Shown here one piece after another: positions 25,415 to 35,141 of a DNA stretch of 64,000 nt. The first letter of the stretch is position 1, and every line of letters begins with the position of its first letter. The notes below the pieces were generated by a model. The model was not told the origin of the DNA. It saw only the letters and a program-made list of their open reading frames with translations, and did no database searches. Made by a program: the position numbers and the translations under genes. The DNA is from a virus, in IMG/VR virus record IMGVR_UViG_3300030103_002937, positions 28,967 to 92,966 of that record. The stretch is one strand, 5' to 3'.

Positions 25415-25695
25415 TGATTTTTTCTTATTTCGTATAAACGCCCGTCTATTTTTTCTAACTCTTCTAGTATTTTGTCAACATCTTCTTGTGTGTCCATGAT
25501 TGTTTGACGAACTAATTCGTCTTTTAAATCATATTCCGTTCTTGAGATAACCGGCTCTGGAAGTTCTTTAGCGAGAGCTATATCGGATTTTAAAGTAAAA
25601 TACATAGTAGCTAAAGATACTGCGCCACCTATAATTATACCTATTGTCTTCAGATCAAGAGTTACTTTTGTGTTTTCCCCTATTTGCTGTGCCAT
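25411..25695 (-). CDS. Single-TM protein with coiled-coil tail
   Basis: TIGIIIGGAVSLATMYF followed by a heptad pattern. Confidence 0.7.
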   Translation of the reverse strand: MAQQIGENTKVTLDLKTIGIIIGGAVSLATMYFTLKSDIALAKELPEPVISRTEYDLKDELVRQTIMDTQEDVDKILEELEKIDGRLYEIRKNQ

Positions 25696-26888
25696 TATCT
25701 AAATGTTATATTGATTCCAAAATTAGAATTAAATATTTCTGAGTCCCAAAATTTAGTATATTCACCTTCTACAAATATACCTATTGACTTAGTTACTTTC
25801 CAACCAAACATTAAGCCAGCCTGGTAGTCGTCCCATTGTTCACCACTTATCAAATCATTGTGACCCCCTTTGCCCCAACTGTTACGATGCAAATAGCTAA
25901 AGTCCTCGTTGCCCTCCACATAACTGTGATGAGGCATAATCCAGTTGCCATAAGCATGCAGCCAAAAATTATTTTTGTAATGATAAAAATCAAATCCAAC
26001 AATCGGCGCGATCTCAGCAAACGAGTCTAGCTCAGCCCATGCTTCCTGGTTAAACCTATTCATTAAGCCACCAAATATACGATCTCTAAAATCTTCATCT
26101 GTATACGCAACTATATCACCTCTATCGTTTGTCCATAAATAATTATATATTTGTGATGTGCTACCATCAGGATTATAAACTTCTGAAGAATAAAATGCGT
26201 CTTGAAACCCATATTCATAGCCTAAAGAATACCAAGGGTTAACAGGTATTTCTTGACCGGAGTACTCGTCTACCATTGTTTCATTAAGCCATATTTCAAT
26301 AGGGTTATAACCGTATGCTTTTTGATGTGTACGATATATAATACCCGCAGATATGCTTAGTTTGTTACCTATAGGCAATCTAGCTCTTACTTCGCCAGAC
26401 ATATATTCAAATCCAACATTACCTGATTCTCTAGATTCAAACTTACCTATATGGTATTTACCTGTGTGTCTTACAAATAAACGTCTGTTATCAAACTCGT
26501 TGCCGTCTACTCTTTGTTTTTCCAAGTGCAATAAATATTCTAAACCTTTTACTGCAGCGGTTGGTGCAGATAAACCTACGTTGTTTTCTGTACCATTGTA
26601 AAAATTTGGTTTACTTTCATAACCAAACCTTGCTAGCTTACGAAGTCCAACGCCAATACGATAGTTATTCGGATGGTAAGTAGTTTGATCTACAACACGA
26701 GGTATACCATATAAATCGTTAGGATCTGTTCTAACAAAATACTTTGTTTGCTCTAATTTAGCATTACCCACATTTCCTGCAGCATATACGGTACCATATT
26801 TTAAAAAGTCATCGTATAAACCTTTAAGAAACTGCGATTGCACATTAAAGGACAGTAGCACTACTATAAGCAGAATTAATTTTTTCAT
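25695..26888 (-). CDS. Predicted outer-membrane beta-barrel protein
   Basis: Sec signal MKKLILLIVVLLSFNVQS-Q; aromatic/Gly-rich alternating strands; C-terminal beta-signal-like FGINITFR. Confidence 0.7.
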   Translation of the reverse strand: MKKLILLIVVLLSFNVQSQFLKGLYDDFLKYGTVYAAGNVGNAKLEQTKYFVRTDPNDLYGIPRVVDQTTYHPNNYRIGVGLRKLARFGYESKPNFYNGTENNVGLSAPTAAVKGLEYLLHLEKQRVDGNEFDNRRLFVRHTGKYHIGKFESRESGNVGFEYMSGEVRARLPIGNKLSISAGIIYRTHQKAYGYNPIEIWLNETMVDEYSGQEIPVNPWYSLGYEYGFQDAFYSSEVYNPDGSTSQIYNYLWTNDRGDIVAYTDEDFRDRIFGGLMNRFNQEAWAELDSFAEIAPIVGFDFYHYKNNFWLHAYGNWIMPHHSYVEGNEDFSYLHRNSWGKGGHNDLISGEQWDDYQAGLMFGWKVTKSIGIFVEGEYTKFWDSEIFNSNFGINITFR

Positions 26889-27343
26889 ATTACTTCGTAT
26901 TTTGTTTTATTGTTGGAATCTCTATAAGCTTTTAAGCATCTGTTTCTATTAGAGTCAGGAGATACATAACTAACATGTACCCAATCAGGGTTGTTATCTG
27001 TTCCAAACTCCCATATGAGCTGATCAAAATCAAGATTGTTTTTTATGTAGTTATACATTTCCGCGTTTGTTTTGTGACCATATGTGTCATCAATATCAAT
27101 TGCACGGCCTTCACAATGTTGTGATTTTGAACTACCTCCGATTGCTTTATTAAGCTCAATCGAACGAAAAAATGAATTAATTTTTATGGGGCCACCTACC
27201 CATTTGCGTAGCGGTTCAAATATATTTTCTGCAATAACCTGCATATTAGTCTTTTCATATTCGTTAGGTATATTGTTTATACCTTTTCTTTTTGCAGTGT
27301 ATGAAAGTGTTCCTTCTTTATAGCTAATATGGTTACTTATCAT
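26885..27343 (-). CDS. Endolysin, peptidase M15A family
   Basis: INSFFRS..LN.AIGGS..SQH..G.A.D; FDQLIWEF; WVHVSY. Confidence 0.9.
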   Translation of the reverse strand: MISNHISYKEGTLSYTAKRKGINNIPNEYEKTNMQVIAENIFEPLRKWVGGPIKINSFFRSIELNKAIGGSSKSQHCEGRAIDIDDTYGHKTNAEMYNYIKNNLDFDQLIWEFGTDNNPDWVHVSYVSPDSNRNRCLKAYRDSNNKTKYEVI

Positions 27344-27711
27344 GTTCTTCTTTTTACAGACTTAACACGGCGAGGTTTGCCCGCTGGTTGTCCAAGCCTT
27401 TTCTTTTCTGATATTTTCTTTTTCTTTTCAGCTGAAGACATTTCTGATGCTGTCTTAGGGGTTTTGCTTGATATACGTTTTTTAGGTCTGCAATATGGCA
27501 CTCCTCTTCCGTCGCCTTTGGTGCGGCCGCATGGTTTACCTGTGCGCACATCAATCCATTCCTCTTTAAACCAGCGTTTAAGTGAAGCGCCTTTTTCTGT
27601 CTTACGTACTTTTTTTAAAGGAGACATCATCATTTTTACTGCAGATCCTTCTCCGCGTTCATTTTTACTAGCCCATACAGCTTTTCTTTGGGCGTCACTT
27701 ACATATGGCAT
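27340..27711 (-). CDS. Small basic protein (DUF5872-like)
   Basis: LKRWFKEEW.D..TGKPCGR......PYCRP.KR.S.KTPKT. Confidence 0.7.
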   Translation of the reverse strand: MPYVSDAQRKAVWASKNERGEGSAVKMMMSPLKKVRKTEKGASLKRWFKEEWIDVRTGKPCGRTKGDGRGVPYCRPKKRISSKTPKTASEMSSAEKKKKISEKKRLGQPAGKPRRVKSVKRRT

Positions 27712-27713
27712 AG

Positions 27714-28232
27714 TTATTTATTATTTATAAAATTATACATTGCTAAGCCTAATTCTTTTCCAAAATCAGAATCTGACTTATAATGAGCTCTAGCTACATT
27801 TCTACTATAAGATATATCTTCTGCTTTTTTATTTAATTCTTTAGATTTTTCAGGATATTTATTTTTTAAATACTCTGATATTAAATACGCTTGAGCTGAA
27901 TGCCCAGAGGGGTAAGAAGGAGTTTTCATTGAATTTAATTCAACATTTTTTAAATTTAACCCAAAATTTTTAGCCGCTTCTTTTGGTCGGGGTCTATTAA
28001 AATATTTTTTTAAATTTAATATTAAATCATGAGAGCTTCTTACTAACTCATTTATTCCTTCGTCTTTTACTATAGAATTAAACTCTTTAACTATATTATC
28101 ATTTTTTTTAATAAAACTTTTATTAATAGGTATTTTGTCTAACTCTTGTATTTCTGAAAAAGTTTTTAAAGAATTATCAGCAGGAGGCTTTTTATTTTTA
28201 AAAGAATTTATATTAAATTCACTTAAATTCAT
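27714..28232 (-). CDS. Soluble PAP2-superfamily phosphatase/haloperoxidase
   Basis: All three motifs: KKYFNRPRP, PSYPSGHS, SRNVARAHYKSD. Confidence 0.85.
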   Translation of the reverse strand: MNLSEFNINSFKNKKPPADNSLKTFSEIQELDKIPINKSFIKKNDNIVKEFNSIVKDEGINELVRSSHDLILNLKKYFNRPRPKEAAKNFGLNLKNVELNSMKTPSYPSGHSAQAYLISEYLKNKYPEKSKELNKKAEDISYSRNVARAHYKSDSDFGKELGLAMYNFINNK

Positions 28233-28384
28233 TACTTTTTACTTTTAGTACCCCAATTAGCAGCACCAACTTTACGGCATTTAGCTATCGCTCCGCTTGC
28301 ATAAGCAGACGGAAACACTTTATATCTTGCTTTTACTTTACGATAGCAAGCATCTTTTTTTTCAAATGGTGAGTTTGATTTCAT
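28232..28384 (-). CDS. Small basic protein (50 aa)
   Basis: MKSNSPFEKKDACYRKVKARYKVFPSAYASGAIAKCRK...; coupled on both sides. Confidence 0.7.
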   Translation of the reverse strand: MKSNSPFEKKDACYRKVKARYKVFPSAYASGAIAKCRKVGAANWGTKSKK

Positions 28385-31300
28385 AATTCTCTTTTTTTAA
28401 ATCTTTTACTTCTTTGACCTTTTTTAAATCCATCAGCAGGCGTTAATGGTTTTGGCGGTTTGGGTTTTTTAGCACTTTTTTCAATAAGCCCTACATCCCA
28501 TTTACTATAACCTAACGCAAGTGATATTGCTTGCCAGGTTTCAACATCTTGCCTTACAGGTGTTGTAAGGTTGTCAAGCTTCCTAACAACTCTATCTGCT
28601 GGTAAGTTTGTAGTTGCTGCTATAATTTGGCCAACTGCTTCGAAAGCGGGGTTGTCTAAACTTATACCTTCAGTTCTCATTTTTTCGCGAGGCTGTCGAT
28701 ATGTAAATGATCTACCAGCTGAAGCTAGCTTGCTTATTTTAGAATCAATTGGAGGTGATAGACTTAAAGCTTCTAAAGCAACCTTTTCATAATTTGGTCT
28801 ACCACTTTTGTATTGCCTTATTACTTCAAGAACCATATTCTTGCCTGCAGCCACGGACGCACCTGCAAATCCAATACCACGGAGTATAGAATCAACGGTA
28901 CTATTAGCAATTCTATAATATCTTTTTTCAGTTTCTTCGTCTTCTTCATCGGTAAACATTAAAGCAAACATTGCGGATTGCAAACTAGAAAATATAATGT
29001 TTTGTACGACACTATAATACATTAATTTGCTAAGGTTTGTTTTCCAATCGCCTCTACGATTAGCTAAATCTAAGACAGCTTTTTTGCTTAAGCGAGCGTA
29101 TTGCATAGGTGTGTTAGCAAAAGCCAATATAACGCGCCCTAAACCGCTTGCTTGTTGCATTGAAATACGGTCTGGCCTTGACGATTGCTGCGTTTCTTCA
29201 GCAACTTCTTGAAAATCTAAAAACGCTTTATCGGCTGCCTCTTGTTCTGTCATACCTTCTTTTATATACCGCTTTAATCTGTTGCGATAAAACGAAGCGC
29301 CACCCATAGCGATTGCATGCGAGTCCGCAAGCTGTGTTGGTAAAAATCCTTTTTTAAGTATTGATGCTATCACAGATCTTACAGGGTTTGTGCCTGACTC
29401 CGCTGCTTTAGCAATTTCATCTGCATTTACATCTGTTTTTAATCCTGACCGTCTTTGTTTAAGAAAGTCAGAGTTGAATAAGAATGTGTAATCTTTCCAA
29501 AACTGCGGTTGGTTTGCAAATGCAGCCCCAGCAGACAGCGGATTATTATCGCTAAAGTTTATAAAGTTGACCATTGATAACTGCTGCAACAATGCTGATC
29601 TAGAGTTAAAGAACATAATAGCACCAACAGAATCATTAACCCAGTTTATTACAGAATTAGTAAGTTTATTCGCTCCAGCTGGTCTTCTTCTGCCAGTTTC
29701 CATTCTATAAAGAATATCTTCTAATGCTTCAGTATAACTTTCCCCAAATGCAGCCTTTAGCTTATTCATTGTTTTGTCAGTAAAGAAAGCGTCTTTAGCT
29801 GCCTGCCACGGTTTTAAGTATTCAGATCTTTCGGTTTTGTTTACGTATGTTAAAAGATCGGTAGTCATTGAGCCGGCATCCCAACCATTATCAGGTTCAG
29901 GATAGCCCATAATAGATATACCTTGTACATTTTGAGCAAATGCTAATAAATCTTCATTACCTTTAACAAGTTTTACATGAGATGCAATATCTTTCTTTTG
30001 CAATCCAGGAATAGTATAGCCTAAGCTATTCCATATGTATATTCTTACCGAATCCTCGTTCGTAAATCCTGTTTCGTTTTTCTTTGAAAGACGGCTAGGT
30101 GTTCTACGTATTAACTTTTTAAGTTCTCTAAAGTCCGCTAAGCGTTTTTGTTTTGCTGCGTCAAACTTTCTTATTGCTTTACCAAATGGATCAAATAAGT
30201 TTTCTTTTAAAAACTTTAAATCATTATTACCCTGCTTGCCTTTTCCAATCATATAGTACATAAGACCCGCAAAGTCATCGGCTGAAGGTGGTATAAAAAA
30301 TCTAAATCGCCCTTTGTTTTTACCAAGCATTGTGGCAACCTTGTCGGATATTTGTTCGCGTGTACCAAATCCAGTTGCCCGTGCAATCATTTTATTGAAC
30401 TCAGGGGCTGCGCTTTTACTAAGCTTTTGAGTTATTTCTTTTGGCTCTAATGGTGTTAACCTTTCTTTTATACCTGTCTTATCATATCGAGTTGATTCCT
30501 CACCAACTTCTTTATAGCCTAAATCGGTTAGCTCATTATCTGTTTGCTTTGAAACTAATGCTACCTTGCTGTTCTCTAGCTTTTCAAAAAGTAAGTCTCT
30601 GCTTATTAGTTTATCACTAATTAAATATGACATGGCCATACGAGCAAGCAAAGAAGATGGGGTCATGTGCTCGTATACTAAATTATCAAAATTACCTTTT
30701 TCAATATAAGAAACAGTACCCAGTAATTTTAAAGCTGTTCGCATATCGCCGGTTTCTAGCTGTAGATATGTTCTCGCCATATCAATATCACCTATGCTTT
30801 TAAGATAATCAATTCTAGATTTAAAATACTCTAATGCTTTTTTAGATTGAATATCAAACTCTGGTTTGAACTCTTCAACACCCATTCTAAATGCTTTATT
30901 AGTAGGGTCTTTTATAGCTGTTATTTGACCTTCACCTATATATATTCTGCCGTTTTCTATTTTAAATATGCCTTCAAATTCAGGTGTTTTTTCAATTACT
31001 TTGCTATACACATTATCCCAAGCCTGTTGGTTTGTTGTAAAATACATAGAGCCTTGACGTATATTTCTACCCTCAAATGTTATAAAATCTACAAATCTTT
31101 GGAATTGTTCACCTTCTGGGGCGTTTTGTATATAATTTAACGCAAAATCAACTTGTTGATCAACATATTTTTGACCGTTTGGTGTTAAGCCGCCGTTTTT
31201 ATCTATTAAGTTTAATGTTAACCCACCAGAAACTGTAGCAATACCGTTTATTACAGAAATTAAATTAAACTGATTATCGTTTATATATTCTATTTGATCT

Positions 31301-34300
31301 TGACCATATTGTTTATTACCATTTGCAGGAAACTTACTTTTTAACCTGTCAACCATTGCTTCAACATAGCTTTCAGGTACTGCTAACTTCGATGCAATTT
31401 CAGAATTAGGAAGCCCATCTTTTATATATCCAACAAGTTCAGCGCTATCTATTGCTCTTACATTTTTTCCTGATAAAGAAAACTTTTGTCGTAAATCTCT
31501 ATTTACTTTTAAAGCTATTTTAGCAACCTCTTGTTCTGTATAAGGTTTTGTTTGAATTACACCAGGTGTTGCGTCCGACGCTGTTTGTAATCCTATATTA
31601 GCACCCAACTCTGACTTTCTAGCAGCAAGTGTAGAAGGTGAAACAGTGTAGCCAAGGATGTCTGACATTGACTGATCACCCACCGGCCCAGTAAAAAACG
31701 CTTGTATCTGTGCATCAGTAGGATTTAATAACTGATAAAGCTCAGGCCCATCAGCATCATTTTCTGTATATACTCTGCCAAGAGCGGTATATTTATCTAT
31801 TTCTGCTTGCGTAGTTAGCCTTTTAACATACTTAGTAAAAATTTTTTGTGTATCAGGTAATAATCTTTCAATCTGCACCCAATAAGAAATAGGTAAGCCT
31901 TCTAATAAGTCCTGTTTATTTTCTAGAACAAAATCCGCTAACTTCTTTTTATTACCTAATGCCTTTTTAATTATAGGCATAAGTTTTTTCTTGTATGAAT
32001 CAGTAACAAACTTTCTAAAGTCACGACTGTCTATAGGTGGTAAATTGCCTTCAAAAGTTTCATAAGCCGCTGTTCTAATTTCTTGCGCAAGCTCAGATGT
32101 AATAAATGGTTGACCGCCAACAGTAAGCGTAGACTTTAGCTGTGATTCAAAAGTTTGCTGCTCTTCTGTTAAGCTTCTGTCTACAATTTCTTCTATTTGC
32201 GCAGACTCTGTGTCTACTGCTTCAAACCCTCTGCCTTCCGTTTCAACATCTGTAGATACAGTTTTAACTTGTTTAGCATATTTCTTTTTAACATCACGAA
32301 GCGCAAAATCAACTATAGGTTTTGCCCCAAACAAATAACCAAATAAACTTTCGTTTTTAGCTGGATCAAAGTTCTTTAAAAATCTTTCAGTTATAACTTC
32401 TCTAATGTTACTTATAACTTCACTTTTTATATTTTCGTCAAGCGAACCAAGATTTTTGTCAGCATTAACAAGGCCTCTTACATATTTACCTATAGCGTCG
32501 CCTTCCGCAACTTCATTATATGCATCAAAATAATCTTCAGATTTTTTAAAAGAATCTAAGGTTTTATATTTTGTTTTGCCTTCTGGAGTTTGTACAAACT
32601 TATCAAATATACCTTTAAGATCTTTTTTATCAGGGGATATACTTCTACTAAACTTAGGTTTTAATCCGCCTTTATCAAGCAAGTCTTCAATTAACTCTAG
32701 CTTTTGATCTGCCGACAATGCTTCGTATGTACTAAATTGCCCGGACTTTACATTATCTTGTGCCGCGACATCTGGAAACATTGCGTTAGCTGCGACTTGT
32801 ACAAAATCATATTGATCAAATGGTGATAGGTCACTTGCAAATATAGGCTTTGCACTTTTAAGTATTTTTTGAGCTTCTTTGCTAAATTTAGAAACTTGAG
32901 CAGGGTCTGCATCTTTTAATACTTTACTTTTTAAATTAACAAGTAAACCTCTTCTTTGTAATATTTTATTTTTAGAATTTATATTTTTATTATAATTTCT
33001 AATAAAATTAAATACATCTTCACCTGTATTTAGTTCAATGTTGCCAAAGCCCAAACCATTGTAAAATCTTTTAAGTGAATTTTTTGCTTTAGTAATTAAG
33101 CTTTCATTTACAGATATTTTCTTTTTATCAATCAAATCTGAAAAAACATTTATATACTCTTCCAGAGCGCCTTCTTTTATTCTACCGGTTTTTTTGTCAG
33201 AATAAACTTTATCAATTCTAGTCTGAACAGACTTATATATTTCAGGATGGCTTTCTTGTAAATATTTTTTGAAATCTTCAACAAGAGGTTTCATTGAGGC
33301 ATTATCTGTTTTAAAAGCTCTAGACATTAAATAGTGCAATATTTCATGTCCTATAACATTCGTTTGCCCTGCAGCAGCGGCAACTTCTGTATTAATATAA
33401 ATTATATCTTTACCATCTGCACCACCTTCTTTTAAAAATACCGCGTCAGCTTCAGGGTCCATACCCTCAATTTCTTGCGCTTGTTTAGTTGTTATTTTTT
33501 GAATATCAACGTCGTCTGGCAAAATACCTTTAGCTCTTTCAAATCTTTCTTCAATTAAAGAGCTAGCGTCTAAAACTTCTTTAATAGCATTTTCAACAGT
33601 AGGATCGTAAAAATCTGTATCACCTATTGTGTCATCATTTGCTTTAAAAGCATTTAATACTTTTTCTTTTGCGCTTTGTTGTTGTTCTTCGCTGTATCTG
33701 CCATCGTTTACAATACTAATATTATTATCAATAGTATTTAGATTGTCAGCATAATTGCGAAGTTCTTGCTTGCTTAAAGAATCAAATTTTTCGTTTATAG
33801 CTTTCTTTTTGTTTGAAACATCCTGCTGTAGATTATCTACTAGTACCTGCTGAGCTTCTTTTTTAGGCCCGTCTGGTAAGTTTTCAAGCGTTTGCTTAGC
33901 GTTAGCAAGATTTATATTAAGATTTGCTATTTCTTGCTTAGCTTTATTAGGAGCTATATATTGATATATTGCATCTTTTTCTTGTTTTGTTTTAGCCATT
34001 TGAGCAGTACCTGTAGCTCCGGATACACCTCCACCTAATAAACCGCCTACAACAAAACTATTTATAAACCCTCTAAAAAAATCAGTTTGATCTTTTTCGT
34101 CTCCGTATACTAGCTGATCAGTTTTTTGTTGCAAAAAATCAGTTGCTCCTTCTGTAAAACCCTCGCCCATAAACCCAAGCCCGGCTTTTGTTAAAAATTC
34201 TTTTACATAATTACCTGTAAATTTTTTAACAGCTTTTTTACCAACACCTGTTTTATCTAAGCCATTTAAAACTCTAAAAAGTTTAGCTCCAGCCCATTCA

Positions 34301-35127
34301 GTTCCAAATTCAGCAAAGCCTTTGGAGGTTGCAGCTTTATATATATCGCTAAGCGTTGCGTCAGGTCTTTCTTTTAATGCTGTTTCAAATTCATTTCCAG
34401 CAGTTGACATACCTAAAGCGGCACTGCCTATTAGTGGAAAAGCATATGTTATTGCAAGAGATGGAGCTGACCCAACGGCTTGATCCACTGCAAGTTTAGC
34501 AGCATCACTATATCTACCTTTAGAAAAAAGCTGGTCAAACTCTAATTGCTGACCGTCATCATCGTAGTACTTTAGCTGAAGTTCACTAAGTTTATCGCTT
34601 AGCTCGTACATTGGAGTAAAGTCTATTCCTTCGCCTGCTTTACTAAATTGCTCTTGAAACTCAATTAATTTTTTAGGATCTTTTTGAGCCAACCCGCCAA
34701 TAAGACGAGCAGCATTAGGTAAATCTAGCCCAGCGGTATATCTTTCAAGACCATCTATAAGACCAGGCACGTTTTCTGTAAAAAACTTTGTAATACCAGC
34801 AAGTTTTGAAACTCCTGATTCACCTATAGGTAACAATCCCCCGGTTAAGCCTGTTAATACTTTACCCGTTGCTTGTCTTTTAACTAAGTCTTGTTGTGCT
34901 AATTGTTTACCCGGCGTTAAATCCAATGAAGTATTTTCCGAATCTAAGTCCGTATTCACGGGTTCGGGTGCTGCAGTTTCCTCCACAACCGCACCCGGCG
35001 CTGTGGGAGTTGTCTTTCCCGGCTCAATTTCCTTTAGCTGAGCATTAGGATATTTTGCAAGAAATTGATCTTTTCTAGACGAGTGGACTTTAAATTCTCT
35101 ACCGTCTACAATATATATTTCAATCAT
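28381..35127 (-). CDS. Large ejection/polyvalent virion protein with zincin (HExxH) domain
   Basis: 2248 aa; Gly-rich hydrophobic segments; GHEILHY; located after the tail genes. Confidence 0.8.
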   Translation of the reverse strand: MIEIYIVDGREFKVHSSRKDQFLAKYPNAQLKEIEPGKTTPTAPGAVVEETAAPEPVNTDLDSENTSLDLTPGKQLAQQDLVKRQATGKVLTGLTGGLLPIGESGVSKLAGITKFFTENVPGLIDGLERYTAGLDLPNAARLIGGLAQKDPKKLIEFQEQFSKAGEGIDFTPMYELSDKLSELQLKYYDDDGQQLEFDQLFSKGRYSDAAKLAVDQAVGSAPSLAITYAFPLIGSAALGMSTAGNEFETALKERPDATLSDIYKAATSKGFAEFGTEWAGAKLFRVLNGLDKTGVGKKAVKKFTGNYVKEFLTKAGLGFMGEGFTEGATDFLQQKTDQLVYGDEKDQTDFFRGFINSFVVGGLLGGGVSGATGTAQMAKTKQEKDAIYQYIAPNKAKQEIANLNINLANAKQTLENLPDGPKKEAQQVLVDNLQQDVSNKKKAINEKFDSLSKQELRNYADNLNTIDNNISIVNDGRYSEEQQQSAKEKVLNAFKANDDTIGDTDFYDPTVENAIKEVLDASSLIEERFERAKGILPDDVDIQKITTKQAQEIEGMDPEADAVFLKEGGADGKDIIYINTEVAAAAGQTNVIGHEILHYLMSRAFKTDNASMKPLVEDFKKYLQESHPEIYKSVQTRIDKVYSDKKTGRIKEGALEEYINVFSDLIDKKKISVNESLITKAKNSLKRFYNGLGFGNIELNTGEDVFNFIRNYNKNINSKNKILQRRGLLVNLKSKVLKDADPAQVSKFSKEAQKILKSAKPIFASDLSPFDQYDFVQVAANAMFPDVAAQDNVKSGQFSTYEALSADQKLELIEDLLDKGGLKPKFSRSISPDKKDLKGIFDKFVQTPEGKTKYKTLDSFKKSEDYFDAYNEVAEGDAIGKYVRGLVNADKNLGSLDENIKSEVISNIREVITERFLKNFDPAKNESLFGYLFGAKPIVDFALRDVKKKYAKQVKTVSTDVETEGRGFEAVDTESAQIEEIVDRSLTEEQQTFESQLKSTLTVGGQPFITSELAQEIRTAAYETFEGNLPPIDSRDFRKFVTDSYKKKLMPIIKKALGNKKKLADFVLENKQDLLEGLPISYWVQIERLLPDTQKIFTKYVKRLTTQAEIDKYTALGRVYTENDADGPELYQLLNPTDAQIQAFFTGPVGDQSMSDILGYTVSPSTLAARKSELGANIGLQTASDATPGVIQTKPYTEQEVAKIALKVNRDLRQKFSLSGKNVRAIDSAELVGYIKDGLPNSEIASKLAVPESYVEAMVDRLKSKFPANGNKQYGQDQIEYINDNQFNLISVINGIATVSGGLTLNLIDKNGGLTPNGQKYVDQQVDFALNYIQNAPEGEQFQRFVDFITFEGRNIRQGSMYFTTNQQAWDNVYSKVIEKTPEFEGIFKIENGRIYIGEGQITAIKDPTNKAFRMGVEEFKPEFDIQSKKALEYFKSRIDYLKSIGDIDMARTYLQLETGDMRTALKLLGTVSYIEKGNFDNLVYEHMTPSSLLARMAMSYLISDKLISRDLLFEKLENSKVALVSKQTDNELTDLGYKEVGEESTRYDKTGIKERLTPLEPKEITQKLSKSAAPEFNKMIARATGFGTREQISDKVATMLGKNKGRFRFFIPPSADDFAGLMYYMIGKGKQGNNDLKFLKENLFDPFGKAIRKFDAAKQKRLADFRELKKLIRRTPSRLSKKNETGFTNEDSVRIYIWNSLGYTIPGLQKKDIASHVKLVKGNEDLLAFAQNVQGISIMGYPEPDNGWDAGSMTTDLLTYVNKTERSEYLKPWQAAKDAFFTDKTMNKLKAAFGESYTEALEDILYRMETGRRRPAGANKLTNSVINWVNDSVGAIMFFNSRSALLQQLSMVNFINFSDNNPLSAGAAFANQPQFWKDYTFLFNSDFLKQRRSGLKTDVNADEIAKAAESGTNPVRSVIASILKKGFLPTQLADSHAIAMGGASFYRNRLKRYIKEGMTEQEAADKAFLDFQEVAEETQQSSRPDRISMQQASGLGRVILAFANTPMQYARLSKKAVLDLANRRGDWKTNLSKLMYYSVVQNIIFSSLQSAMFALMFTDEEDEETEKRYYRIANSTVDSILRGIGFAGASVAAGKNMVLEVIRQYKSGRPNYEKVALEALSLSPPIDSKISKLASAGRSFTYRQPREKMRTEGISLDNPAFEAVGQIIAATTNLPADRVVRKLDNLTTPVRQDVETWQAISLALGYSKWDVGLIEKSAKKPKPPKPLTPADGFKKGQRSKRFKKREL

Positions 35128-35141
35128 TATTAAATATTTGT

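Noticed and set aside
28381-35127. crAss/N4-type virion RNA polymerase
   Set aside because: No DxDxD/DFDID or recognisable single-subunit RNAP catalytic motif was found by eye.
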